A stretch of 64,000 nucleotides of DNA from Porphyridium purpureum (lineage: Eukaryota): contig VRMN01000022.1 of assembly GCA_008690995.1 (NCBI GenBank), forward strand, positions 1-64,000, read 5' to 3'. A model generated the notes under the pieces. It was not told the origin of the DNA, made no database searches, and was given only the letters and a program-made list of their open reading frames with translations. The translations under genes and the position numbers were made by a program. Shown in pieces: positions 32,801 to 44,126 of this stretch. Position 1 is the stretch's first letter. Every line of letters starts with the position of its first letter.

Positions 32801-33211
32801 CTTGACATTGGAAACTTCTCCGGCTGTTTCCAATACAGACCCATCCGCTAGGGTCACATGATCTCTCTTCCACGACGCCTTCTGCTTCAGGCCGTCGGAT
32901 TTCTGCACAAAGTCCACGCTCATGAAGTTGTCCGTCGCGCCACTGTCAATCAAAAACGTGGCCTCTCCGTCGGACTTGTGCACTTTTCCTCGAACTCGAA
33001 GAAGCATGGCAGCTCCCATCCCTCCAAGTTCCTTGATCACGGGCTGATTTGCGCTCGAGTTTCGCCCACAAGGTGTCGGACAGCCAGACCTTGGCTTACC
33101 AAGGCCACCACAGCGGTCTTCATTACCGCCCCTAGAGGTCTCGTAACGTGTGCGAGCCTCCTTTCCCTCTGACTGTCCGAGGAACCTCTCTACTCGAGCT
33201 CCTCGTTTTTT
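29814..33211 (-). CDS. Gypsy pol (PR, RT, RNase H, integrase), one apparent 1-nt frameshift near 31462
   Basis: FLIDSGAT protease; RMCVDYRALN, MPFGLCNAPATFQ, VYLDDIL RT; LAQEGRPVAFTSRKL..NVVADALSR RNase H; HDIPTAGH..CHAC, ISMDFV, HPQTDGQTER, PKFLGP integrase. ORFs 31289-33304 and 29814-31373. Confidence 0.93.
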
Positions 33212-34011
33212 GACTCCAGCGAGTCTCCCTCCAGCTGCTGGATAGTCTTCCTTGCCTCGGGACACTTCCTCGCGATGTGTCCCGGCCTTCCACAATTCCA
33301 GCATTTGAGCTCGCTTCGAACACGCCTCTGACCCTGCACATGTCCCAGCTCCATCGGGACGGGTCCTTCCTGCGCTGCACGACCGAAAAATGGCGTCCTC
33401 ACACTTGAATCACGCACGCCGCGGGTCGCATGAATGGCGTCGTCCACGACCACCGCCACCTGCGCAGCCTCCGCAAACGTGCTCACTCCTCGCTTGTACA
33501 CTTCTAAGCGGACCTCGGGCTTCAGACCCCTCACAAAGCGGTCCATCATTTCTGCGTCCGACAAGTCCGGAATCACAAGTGCCGCGTCCTGAAAAGCCGC
33601 CACATACGCATGGGCCGGGCCTTTCTGCGAAAGACGCGTCAACTTGTCCCTTGCACGCCTGATCGAATCCTGCGGCGTGAACCGAGCACTCACGAGGGCA
33701 GCAAAATCATTCCACGTCGTGGGGATCTCCTGCGGGTAGCGCTCGCAATTCAGAACCCACCAATGAAGCGCCTCTCCCTCGAAATAGTCTGATGCCAGGT
33801 CTACTGCACGCCTCTCCGCAAGCAGACGTTTCTCCAAATCGTCCGGGTGGATGCTCTCCAACAGCCGGCCCAAGATCTTCTTTCTCGCCTGGAACAACCA
33901 CGTCTTCACAACCAGAAGGTCACGCTTCCCGTCGAACCTCATCTGACGGGCCTCCTTCGGGCCACGTGGTCCCAGCGTCTCCGAATCAATCTCCATGCTT
34001 TCTGGACACAA
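33190..34011 (-). CDS. Gypsy gag
   Basis: Retrotransposon gag motifs (GEALHWW, LSQKG..AYV..F, RFVRGLKPEVR), PVPMELG and knuckle CWNCGRPGHIARKC. Likely ATG at 33997. Confidence 0.93.
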   Translation of the reverse strand: MCPESMEIDSETLGPRGPKEARQMRFDGKRDLLVVKTWLFQARKKILGRLLESIHPDDLEKRLLAERRAVDLASDYFEGEALHWWVLNCERYPQEIPTTWNDFAALVSARFTPQDSIRRARDKLTRLSQKGPAHAYVAAFQDAALVIPDLSDAEMMDRFVRGLKPEVRLEVYKRGVSTFAEAAQVAVVVDDAIHATRGVRDSSVRTPFFGRAAQEGPVPMELGHVQGQRRVRSELKCWNCGRPGHIARKCPEARKTIQQLEGDSLESKNEELE

Positions 34012-34548
34012 GCACGCTCAACGATCACGACAACTCGAACAGCAAGCCTCCGATGCTCACTTTCTCCAACAGCTGCGCGCACCACGAACGGGCTCGGTCG
34101 CCCTCACGAACACAAACCGACACACGAAGCTGTCCTCTCACGCACACACACGCACAGCAATCTTCTCACGCACACACAACAAAGCACACAGCAATCCTCC
34201 TCTGTTGCGCTGGATGGGGAGCGGCCCGGGCCTTTGCACTGGGGCGGGGATTATAGATGCGATCTTGTATGGAGGTGTTCGGCGCCTACCTTCGCAAAGG
34301 TGGTCGTGCGACACTAGGATGAATCCTAGTGAAGGCTGACCGTTACGGCTCTTGCCTACTAATACGTGCTAAGGCAGAGAGCGAGTCCGCCGTCAAGGCC
34401 TAGGCCTATCGTACAGCCAAGACTGAGACCCGCTCCACCCGTCGCACCCTCCGGATCGACTTACTCGAACCCCCTTACCCGCAGACTCTCCCACCCAGGC
34501 AACCCCAGAGAAACTCTAAGAGAACCTTAGAGCAACCCCAGGTAACCA

Positions 34549-34560
34549 GCGATGATACCA
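34549..34560 (-). other. Primer-binding site (initiator tRNA-Met-like)
   Basis: Minus strand reads TGGTATCATCGC, 2 nt inside the 5' LTR; canonical iMet PBSs begin TGGTATCA. Confidence 0.8.
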
Positions 34561-34562
34561 AA

Positions 34563-34851
34563 TGTTACCAATGCTGTGCCTTTTTCTCTCTCTCTTCTTC
34601 TTCTTTTTCCGAGCAAGACCTGACCGGCTAGTCCGGGCAGGCGCGTCGCCTTTTTATACCCTTACTTCCGCTAGGGACAGCAAGGCGCCAAGAGAAATGA
34701 CAATGCAAATCATTGGCATTTCTGCGCGCGTCTAGAAGGTTCTGGAACCTCTAGAAGCTTCTAGAAACGGTTCAACGGTCTACCGGTTTAACGGCTTACC
34801 GGTTTTGGATTAACCGAACCGTTCTAGGTGACTGGGGTCGAACGGATAACA
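34563..34851 (-). repeat. Gypsy 5' LTR
   Basis: Direct repeat of 29406-29694; TATAAAAA on the minus strand at 34651-34658. Confidence 0.95.
34731..34767. promoter_or_regulatory. Heat-shock-element array in the Gypsy LTR (second copy 29574-29610)
   Basis: TCTAGAAGGTTCTGGAACCTCTAGAAGCTTCTAGAAA holds two perfect nGAAnnTTCnnGAAn units, about 75-110 bp upstream of the TATA box. Confidence 0.7.
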
Positions 34852-37731
34852 CCGGAAGCCGCGTGTCCAGTTGTTCGGACTATGCTTGATCTCCGTGTCC
34901 GAATGTGCATGCCCCAAACGGCCTCTAGCTTTGAGTATAAAATGGCGGCGTGCCCTTTCTCGTAGAGCGCCGAAAGCTTGAAAACAGGCAGAGAAGATTG
35001 GGAAAAGTGTGTGTGTCATGCAGCTTATTTCACAAAAGTGTAAAGTTACGTTGGTGCTCACGTGACGGGAAAAGCGAGAATTCGGCCTTTGTGACGAGAT
35101 GCTTGGGCCGATAATCTCTCGCACGCGAGCTTGGCACGCTCGAGATGTATAAAAAGAAGACTTCCATGGGTCAATTTAGCGACCGCAAGGGCGTCAAGTT
35201 TGCGGAGCTCGGTTGCAGCATGAGAATCAGGTCCTTGGGAAGCGAGCGGTAGATAGGAGAATTACGAGAATTGTGCTGAAGCATGGGCGACAGCAAGGGC
35301 ACGTACGACCGTCATAGTGACTTTAAAGATGGCTACTAGGAGGAGAGCTGCAATCTAGTGGAGCAACTTGCGGCGGATTGAGCCGCACAAGAAGAGTCGC
35401 CGAGGAGCCGGCATGGCCGGCGACCGGAGCTCTCTAGCGACCAGCGCATGGATATAAAAACGTGCGTTGGTAGAATAGCATCCCGGGCAAGAAAAGTAGA
35501 AGAGAAAAGAAGGGATCTGTTTCTCAGTTCTTGGGGAATGAAAAGGGAAAAAGGGGTTTAGAACAAGAGAAACCGAGAACGTCTCGGGGCCTCAACATTG
35601 GTACATTGCCATCGCTACGCGTACTCTTCTAATTTGTGCAGTTCTTTTAATGTACTCAGGCAAGTCATGGAGCTTGAAAGATTTGCTCGGTGGAAGAATG
35701 GGAAAACTTCGAGCCCAAAAAAGCAGAGAGAGTTTAGTATCGGTGGTGGAGAGCAAACTTAATGCTGCATACGAGAAGAGGTTTATCAAGCAATGTCCTT
35801 TTAGGCGGAGCGGGGCTCGAACAGGTATCCTTCCAAGTTTGCCGCCCTTCTTAATTTCTCATTACATTTCATGGGTGTTCAGTGTTTTGACGCGATGCTT
35901 GCTTGATCTGGTCTATCTTGTTGGAATTGTTTGAAGTTGGGCAACAGTGCAATCCGTAGACTTTACGTACACAACGCCACGATCTTGCTGCGATCGGGTG
36001 TAGGTGCAAGTTCGTGTTTGTGAGGGTTTGGGTGTTGACCCTTCGAGCGCAAAAGGTATTGAAACCTTTGTAATTTTCGGAGTGAGTTATCAAGAGCGAA
36101 GCAGCGCAATTTGGCGTTCCTGGCTCGTTATCGGCTGGCCAGGGTGCGGGGTAGACGAGCAGAATGACAAGTAAATTATTTGCAGCTTGACCTTTTGCTC
36201 TGATTTTACTCGGTAGAGATGTGGATTCACAAACACGAATTTGGTGAAGAAATTCAGTTTTCTCCAGGCCTGGATTGAGTTCTTCAGACAGTTGCGCATT
36301 CTGCTTCTGCATCTGTCGCAAGGAAAGGCTGCAACATTAAGGGACTCTTTGAAACCCGCAGCCCTTCTGAACGTGAACAGAATTCTGACGACGCGATCGG
36401 AACGTGGGGGAAAGAATAAAGATAATGGTCGTGTTTTGCGGCGATGATAGCTTGAGAGACGCACTTGGCAGGTCAGCGAGCAAAAGTCATACAAATTGAC
36501 AAGTGGAATATCTTCAACATCCTCACGCTGCCTTGTACACATACGCAAAGACGCTCCAGCACGTGCTGAATGGGTGGCCAAAATTGGGAAGTCTATAGTG
36601 CAATAGCATTTTCGTTCAAAACTGTGGCCACTAGGCTGTATTAGGGCCGACCGTCTTCTTCTCTCGCTCAGAGTAGCAAATGATAGCAGCCCATGGGAAT
36701 AGCTCGTGTCATGCAACGGGTACGTCTGCGTGTACATGTCACAAGACCGATACATTGCGCTCCTTGATTGAGTCTCCCGGGCATACGCCCGGGGCCACTT
36801 TGATGTGATTTTATGTCCATGCTTCAGGGCTTTAGAGACAACATGTCGACGTCCTAGTCCAGAAGTTCTTTCTATTTGGCGTTTTCCTCCGCATCTTCTC
36901 TCAATTCTTTCGTTCCGACAGGCGGACAAGAGTTCTTGTACTTCCGCTGGAGCGATCGCTCCTTGTATGTGCATCACTAGACAGACCACCACTCAAAAAC
37001 GGTGCACGCCATAACTTTTGACAGGTTTGCTCTGACATCTCCATGTGCGTCTTTTTGCCTCTTCTAGGCTCCAATGATTCCTATGGATGTATGGTGTGCC
37101 CGAACGTTGATTCTTTTGTATTTAAATTATCAGCCCGGTCTCAAGTTTATTTGTCAGCGGCTCCTCGCTGACAATATCCGCATTCGTAGATCATTTCTGT
37201 GAAAGATTCAAGAGGCCCGGACCCACAGGTGTCGCCGCCCAACTGTACACGAACGCCGTCGTACCGAAAACCTTCTTCTCATAGTTATACCTATTATTCC
37301 TGACATTCAATCCTAAAGCCTCTATCTGTTCAAAAGACCGGTAAGCTCAGCTCCGCCCAGCTCCGCCCAGCTGGGCTAGTACCTCATGTAGAGCAGCCGC
37401 GAAGGCCGGAACCATCGCATATCTCCGCGTGACGGTCGGGTCGCGTCGTTCTCGTCCCAGTCACCGGTCGCACCGTCCCTTTCCTAGTCAGTAGCTCGTG
37501 CATTCGCTCACACCCCCTCGAGAACGCTTGATCGGGCGAGTTCGTTTCCTCAACAATTTCCTGTCTATCTGCCGTGCACTGGCTCCCTTTGTGAAAAAAA
37601 TATTGCGCGTGAGCCGACCGAATCGCATCTACAACCGATTCCAAGCCTGCGACGTCATGATTCATTTCTTCGCTTCGTGTTTTGAAATTCCTCTGGCTGT
37701 CCGCGGCGTAGATCTGAAACGTCTCCACCGT

Positions 37732-38248
37732 TGTTGAAATGCACGTGTCCTTCTTTTGGTTGTTTACACCTCCAAGCAAGGGGTCTGCCCGAACGGGAGG
37801 TGTGCTATTGCTTGGTTCGGCTCCAGGCGCGAGGTCTGCTCGAACGGGAGCCTGTTTCTCCAAGGGTCGCAGAGAGACGTTGCACTACCGAGTAGCTCTA
37901 CTCCAGGCAATGCTGCGAATTACCACACCTCTTCTTGTTTTTACAAACTTCTTCCTTGTTGTTCTTCTTTTTATTCTTTTTTCACAGCTGTGGTGTTCCA
38001 CAAGCGGCCCTTGTTTTATACCCGACGGCACTGCCGCACACATATGTGTAGATTGCACTATCTTCCTGGAGGACACGCATGCACGCGAATCAGCCCTGTT
38101 CTGACATGCGATCTTGCCCTGCTGATACGTTGGGTCATGTTCAAGTTAGTCTGAGAAGTGCGGGCGCGACTGCTTCTATGGATTTGGCTCAAAGGTACAG
38201 CCTGGCTATGACGTGCGTTCTGACAAAGTGTTGTGAGTATTTTCGACA
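37732..38248. mobile_element. Solo LTR of a third family
   Basis: 517 bp, termini TGTTGAAA...TTTCGACA, perfect 5-bp TSD ACCGT (37727-37731 and 38249-38253), internal direct repeat GGTCTGCYCGAACGGGA. Confidence 0.78.
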
Positions 38249-38705
38249 ACCGTGCGGACGTACACGAGACTGAATGATTGACTTTCTTTTGTTTTAATTG
38301 GTCTCCCGAAAAGCGCGCTCATTGATTGGTGGCATGAGACGATTCCTGTTCCCTCGAAAACGACAACACCTTCAAAGCCAACATTTATTTGCGCACACAT
38401 AACCCATTCTGCCTCCTCTTTCTTCCTTCCAAAGAGATATTCGCACATGACCAGCAAGAGGACGGCACCGCGAGAACAAACGTATCATTCAATCACCTTG
38501 GACGCGCCGCCCGTGGACGTGGGCGTGTCGAACCACTTTTTAATTATCCTACACAAGCTAAACTGTGCTGTCTTTCACACCGCAGCATGAACATTGCCTG
38601 ATGCCTCTGTCTCCCACCGCCCAAAACCTTTCTGTGGTTTTTCTTGATGCAGGTTTTCGGGTGTAGCGCAGACGGCAGCCGATGTAGAACCCATGCTACT
38701 CAGAC

Positions 38706-41150
38706 ATGACGCGAATGCGATGGAGTCCACGCATGCTGCGACCGCGCAGGCTTCAGGACCACCTCGACGCATGGCGCGACAGCGGCGGTCAGAATTTGGC
38801 ACGGAGGCTGCATGGTTGCGTCCTCCTGCGGGCGACTGGTAAGCCATCGCTGCGAACCAGCTTGCGCCAGGCGGCGGTCCGTCGTCGGGTGGCGTCGTGC
38901 TCTCGATCGTCGTTCCCATTTCGTGATGGCGAAGAAGCGCCGCGCTTAAGCTCGCATGGCGCCGCAATGCTGCGCGTCGGGGACGAATCGGACTTCTTCT
39001 CCAATGAACCGCTGAGCAGCGACGACGAGACGAGCAAAGGCGCCGAAGGGAAGAGTACGGACGACGACACTGACACTGATCGAGATGATCATCGAGACAG
39101 TGACGGTAACGATGAGTATGAAAGCCAGGACGACAGCGCCGTTCAAGATGGCTTCTATCCTGAACACGATGGCGACATTGGTCGTGCTAGACGTCAGGCC
39201 CGCTTTGAGCGGTTATGCACATTTGGCGAAGAGCCTCGATACTCACTCAGCGAACCGCGAGTGAGCACCGAGCGCTTTCAAAGTGTGCTGGAAGCCGCCG
39301 AGCTCATTTCTACCAACAGGATTGCATGGTACGATTCTGTTCTGAACTTGATACGCAGCGATGACCAGGATCTTGGCTCGCGTGACCGCCTGTGGCTTGC
39401 ATTGCGCGTACTCCAGAGAGCGCGCGCTCGAGCGGACGCGGAGGGTGAACCGTTGGGGATCCATGCTCACGTTATCCTATCCTTGCGGAAGCTTTGCGAG
39501 CCGTTTCGCAAGACCAACTTTCTTCTGGCCGTCAAGCGATTGCTCGAGCGCCACGGCGAGCTGCCCACAGCCCAAGTATACAAAGGGTTAATGCGCTACT
39601 TTGTGCTCTGCGACCGAGTTCAGCTGGTACGTGATATGCTGCACGATATGCAGCGCGTGATTCAAACGATTGATGCGAATTCGTTTACGATGCCCATGAA
39701 AGGCTTCATGTTTCTGAACAACAAAAGTTCAGCGGCGCAAATTTGGAGACAATTCCGTGCGCCGGCATTTGCTGACGTCGAGCCCGACCTCCGGCTCCTC
39801 CAGTGCGGGTGCAGGCTCTTGAGCTGGGGTTATCTAGACGATGTCAGTGAGAACGCCCTGTGGATTTCCATGCAGTTCTACAAGCGCGAGATCAAACCTC
39901 GTGCAAGTGACCTGCGCCACTTAGCCAAGGCGCGGATACGTGTGGGCGACTTTCGCGGTGCGCGTACAAGTTTGCGTTGGCTCTGCAAAAAGTGGTACAT
40001 TGCTTTTGACGCAGGTCTGGTGCACGATTTCATCACTAAGTGCCATGAGCTGGAGCAGTGGCACGAGATCGTGATCTTGGTCGATCAGGTGCTGACCCAC
40101 ATCCAGCGGGTGGGTGGCGACTTTGATGTAAAGCTGGATCTGCTGCGTCGATGCCTCAGTGAGTTAGCGCTCGCCGCATGGAAGAGCCGCATCGATATTG
40201 GCCGCGCCGCGGCCTTGTCATACCGTCTTGTGGAGAAACAAAGAACGCTCGACAGGACGATGCTCAGCCACGTCGTGTATCTGAACGCACTGGAGGAAGG
40301 AAGAATGGTTGTTGCGATGCGCGTGGCCAAAAAAAATGCACAGAAGCCCGCTGCGCGTAACCGCACGTTGTATGCGTTTGCTTACGAAGCTATTGTACAA
40401 AAGTTGGTGCTCAAGTCGGTCTCGGACAAGTTGATTAAGCTCCTTCCTCGCAAGGGCTGGCTCGCAAAGCGCCCACAGGACACCGATGACTTTGCATATA
40501 TTGCAGTGAATCTGATCATGGCGCTTGGACAGTTTGGCTTACTCCGTATCGCGACTTCAATCTTCAACGCGTGGACGATGAACAATGAGTCGGTCGTGAA
40601 CGTGGAGGTGTGGAGCGCGTACATGTACGTGGTGGCCGCGACGGGACAATTAAAGCCCGCGCTTGCGATCTTTCGTGAGCTTTATGATCATTATGGCACT
40701 TCGCTCGATGACATGCCACACTATCTGTTGGCAGTGACTGTGCTGCGTGGCAGCAAACAAGGCGCGCTTCCGACAGAGCTTGCGGCTGAGATGCTTGACT
40801 ACATCGACCAGCACTTGAGGAAACCAGACGCACAGCCGAAAGTGCGTCTTCGCCAAGCCGAGTATGATGACCTGTTTGAGCGCCAGGTCGAAAACGTGAC
40901 CACTCGGGACCAGGATGGTCTCGGCCCTACAGTCATGGTCGGGCCATTTCGGCCTTATTCTTCGCGGATCAGGCTGCTTGCCGAAGAGATTCGAACCATT
41001 CTCTCTCAGCAAAGATGCGCTGAGAAGGCCGCCATTCAAGCAGAGGTGCCAGTATCTAACGCTTCGGTCCCGGCTGCACTGCACTCGCCGTCCATGTCAT
41101 TTTCTGACTTTGTGTCTGCATTCGAACCGGTCCCACGTGCGCAACGATGA
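38706..41150 (+). CDS. PPR-like helical repeat protein (paralogue 1)
   Basis: 814-aa ORF with an Arg-rich N-terminus, an acidic stretch and degenerate PPR motifs (VYKGLMRYFVLCDRVQLVRDMLHDM; VWSAYMYVVAATGQLKPALAIFREL). Start uncertain. Confidence 0.75.
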   Translation: MTRMRWSPRMLRPRRLQDHLDAWRDSGGQNLARRLHGCVLLRATGKPSLRTSLRQAAVRRRVASCSRSSFPFRDGEEAPRLSSHGAAMLRVGDESDFFSNEPLSSDDETSKGAEGKSTDDDTDTDRDDHRDSDGNDEYESQDDSAVQDGFYPEHDGDIGRARRQARFERLCTFGEEPRYSLSEPRVSTERFQSVLEAAELISTNRIAWYDSVLNLIRSDDQDLGSRDRLWLALRVLQRARARADAEGEPLGIHAHVILSLRKLCEPFRKTNFLLAVKRLLERHGELPTAQVYKGLMRYFVLCDRVQLVRDMLHDMQRVIQTIDANSFTMPMKGFMFLNNKSSAAQIWRQFRAPAFADVEPDLRLLQCGCRLLSWGYLDDVSENALWISMQFYKREIKPRASDLRHLAKARIRVGDFRGARTSLRWLCKKWYIAFDAGLVHDFITKCHELEQWHEIVILVDQVLTHIQRVGGDFDVKLDLLRRCLSELALAAWKSRIDIGRAAALSYRLVEKQRTLDRTMLSHVVYLNALEEGRMVVAMRVAKKNAQKPAARNRTLYAFAYEAIVQKLVLKSVSDKLIKLLPRKGWLAKRPQDTDDFAYIAVNLIMALGQFGLLRIATSIFNAWTMNNESVVNVEVWSAYMYVVAATGQLKPALAIFRELYDHYGTSLDDMPHYLLAVTVLRGSKQGALPTELAAEMLDYIDQHLRKPDAQPKVRLRQAEYDDLFERQVENVTTRDQDGLGPTVMVGPFRPYSSRIRLLAEEIRTILSQQRCAEKAAIQAEVPVSNASVPAALHSPSMSFSDFVSAFEPVPRAQR

Positions 41151-41650
41151 GCGCAAGGGCAAGTGCATCGCAATTTGTGGGCCGGAGTTCTGAGAGACGT
41201 GCAATCGGCGCAGCATTAGAGGGCGGTAGCCGCTATGTGCTGACATTCGCCACGCTGCCATCGCATCACCGCTGGATTTTGCATTCCGGCGCCGGTGGCT
41301 CAGAGCGTAAGGAAAATTGGCTGGGCTAGAGCGCATCACGAAAGATCTATTTTCGGGCTCGCGTGCTGGTACTCGAAAGCCGCAATCGCTCCTCTCGGCG
41401 GGGGCCCGGGGCTGCGCGACGGCCGTCGTCACGCTTGCCTTCTACTTTGAACCCATGAGTTTAGCATGCCGCAGCCCTTACGTGTCGCCTCGAGCATCCT
41501 AGACGCCTAACCTTGCGCGCGCACTTCGCGGCGTGTGCTAATCTTCCTGCATAAATCGGTTCCGTACCGAAATCAGTCGGGCTCACACGCTTCCTCCGCG
41601 CGTTTTCCGAGCGGATCCTCGCCGGGCGCAACGCGCGGCAGTTCCACCTT

Positions 41651-43363
41651 GTGCGCGGCCGACGGCGCGTTCGCGTGGCAGCCACGCACAGATCGTTCAA
41701 CGGTGTGGAACTGCAAATGTCGTGTGCGCGACAAATGCGCCGGCTCGTGCGGGCGGCCGGTTTACCCGCGCGGCTGCGGTTGCAGCCATGGTGGTGTCGT
41801 GGCCGCGGTGTTGCGCCGTGCTGCATTGATGCCTCGTTTCTAGGCGCACGCGCGAGCGCGAACGCGGATGATACTCGCAGCCTGTGCACGTCGCTTGCAA
41901 GAGCGAATCCCTTGATGCGTGAAGGGGACGCTGCCGCGACTCGCGCGAGAGCGACATTTGGACCAGGCTGCGCCAAGCGCGGACACGCGGCGCGCGGCGC
42001 ACTGCTTGTGCGCCATGCTTGTTCGTCGCTTGAGCGGTGGCCGTATCTGGTCAGTTCGCTTGCGGCCCCTCGGTACTCCATGAGCCGGCTGCCGGAGACC
42101 GTCCGGTTGAACAACGCGCTCGATGATGAGAACAGGCGGCGCACTCTGAGCGTGAAGCAGGTGCAGTACATTGTCGACAGGCATAAGGATGCACGGTTTG
42201 ACCACTGGACGCTCGTCTTTTTGTTGCGCTTCGCGCGAAATGCCATCGACGATCCGCCGCGAGTGCGGTTTGCGTTTGGTCTGCGTATGCTGAAGCGAGC
42301 CATTAACGACGATGCGCAGCTCGACTCCTTTTCGTTGACGCAGATGCTTCCAGTTGCGAAGCTTTGCCTCAAATCCACCGTGATATTGGCGCTCAAACGA
42401 AAGATTGAGGCTCAGAACCATACGCTAGACGTGTCCGCATATAGCGCGCTCATCTCACACTTTGGCTCGTGCGGCCGACCGGATCTGATGCGTGAGATCT
42501 TTGCAGAGCGGCAACGTGTGCATGGCGTTCGCGGCCGTCCTGATGCACTGGCGCTCAAGAACCTCATGTTTGGGTTTCTGAAGAACAAGAATACGAAGAG
42601 TGCGAGAGAGGCATGGCGCTTGCTGCGCTCGCCCCTGTACGCCGATCACTTTGAAATGGATGAGGATACGCTCAGTGGCGGTACCTGGGTTTGTGCAAGT
42701 GGTGAGGACAATGCTGATGAGGCGCGTTGGATTGGAGAGGCGTACCTCAGATTGAAAATCAAGCCTCCCGAGAAGCAGCTGCACTTGCTCGTGTCTGCGT
42801 TTGTCAACTCGCACAACTACAAAGAGGCGCGCGCGTACATGCGCTGGATCAACAAGCTGGATTACACCTTGCATGAGCGGCGACTCTACCAGTACATACC
42901 CAGCTGTATGCGACAGGAAAGGGCAGAGGAGCTCTTGCCGTTGTGTGACGTGCTGCTTGCGGCCAAAAATTTAGGCACAGACGGGGTCGAGCAGCTGCGT
43001 GTCTTGCTTTACTACCTGCGGTCTCTTGCCAATTGCGCCGAGGACTCGGTCGCGAAGCTAAATTACGTCGAAGCCATCAATTGCGCGCATCGCGTGGTCA
43101 AGCACTGGAGAATCACGGATATTCCGCACCGCAATACCTACCGCTTTCTCCGCAGCGCGCGCATCAAGGTCAATTTGACTGTGCGAGATCCTGGGCCGCG
43201 CTTGCCGATAGGACAGAGACTGCCGAAAGGTGTGGCGCGACAGAATGTCATGATCGACCGCTCGGAAGAGAAGCGTATTCGCAGAGAAGAGCGAGAGCGC
43301 GCCGATGAGAAAAAGGCGCACTTCTACAGTACCATCGAGCCCTATCACCACTATGACGAGTGA
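41651..43363 (+). CDS. PPR-like helical repeat protein (paralogue 2)
   Basis: AYSALISHFGSCGRPDLMREIFAE; PDALALKNLMFGFLKNKNTKSAREAW; LHLLVSAFVNSHNYKEARAYMRW. The true start is probably downstream of the ORF start. Confidence 0.75.
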   Translation: MRGRRRVRVAATHRSFNGVELQMSCARQMRRLVRAAGLPARLRLQPWWCRGRGVAPCCIDASFLGARASANADDTRSLCTSLARANPLMREGDAAATRARATFGPGCAKRGHAARGALLVRHACSSLERWPYLVSSLAAPRYSMSRLPETVRLNNALDDENRRRTLSVKQVQYIVDRHKDARFDHWTLVFLLRFARNAIDDPPRVRFAFGLRMLKRAINDDAQLDSFSLTQMLPVAKLCLKSTVILALKRKIEAQNHTLDVSAYSALISHFGSCGRPDLMREIFAERQRVHGVRGRPDALALKNLMFGFLKNKNTKSAREAWRLLRSPLYADHFEMDEDTLSGGTWVCASGEDNADEARWIGEAYLRLKIKPPEKQLHLLVSAFVNSHNYKEARAYMRWINKLDYTLHERRLYQYIPSCMRQERAEELLPLCDVLLAAKNLGTDGVEQLRVLLYYLRSLANCAEDSVAKLNYVEAINCAHRVVKHWRITDIPHRNTYRFLRSARIKVNLTVRDPGPRLPIGQRLPKGVARQNVMIDRSEEKRIRREERERADEKKAHFYSTIEPYHHYDE

Positions 43364-44126
43364 GACACGTCGGCGGCGAGTTCAAGTCAAGGTCGCGGAG
43401 CTCACACATCCGCACGCGCGATCACGCGCATCGCATTGCGGAACGGGAATGTCGGTGCCTTCGTGTCCCATGCACTGCCCATCATGCCTTGCGCGTGCGT
43501 GCCACCCACCATATTTAATACATCTGTGTGTTTGCCCTCAGCCCCAACCCTTCCACCCGTGCGCGACCACTGTGCACGGTTGCGCAGACGTGATGGGTCT
43601 CAGGGCCAAACAGAGTGGTTTGCATATTTGCCCCGCCGGCGATCGATGAGCGGGAGTGACGCGCGCCTCTGCGCAGTGTCAACGGCCCCGAGCACGCGGT
43701 GGTCGAATCAAGCAGAGCGCCTGCGCTGTGCGGCGCCGCGCCGCCGCGCTCGCCGAGAGCATGAGCGGCGCGCTATGGTTGTCGGCGCGGCTGCTGTTCC
43801 GAGTTCGAGCGCGGCGGAGATTATGCGCACGCGGCGCGTGGGGCTGGATTGACGTGTGTATTGACTACCGCGTTAATGTATACGGCCAGTGTCCACAGTG
43901 CCAGTACATGGTTACCCGTAGACCGGCGGCTGCGACCAGCTCGCTCACGTCATTGTCGTCGGTGCGGTTCGATCCTTCAGCATTGTGGTGGCACACGCGC
44001 GTGTGTGCAACAACATTGTGGCCGTTTCGAGAGCCACTGAGTGATTGCGCGCTCGCTTCAGGAGACAGACGCTCATTTGAAGCGTCGCTTGCATCTGCAG
44101 CTGCCATTTTTGCTGATGATGTCGCC

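Larger units (their letters stand above)
29406..34851 (-). mobile_element. Full-length Ty3/Gypsy LTR retrotransposon
   Basis: 289-bp LTRs at 29406-29694 and 34563-34851, identical by eye. TSD CCGGA (29401-29405 and 34852-34856). PBS TGGTATCA.. and PPT AAGAGGGGGGGAGA on the minus strand. Order gag-PR-RT-RH-IN. Confidence 0.97.

Noticed and set aside
28942..37400. Older host element into which the Gypsy inserted (flanks 28942-29400 and 34857-37400)
   Set aside because: Composition suggests degenerate TE sequence, but I found no matching termini, TSD or clear domain.
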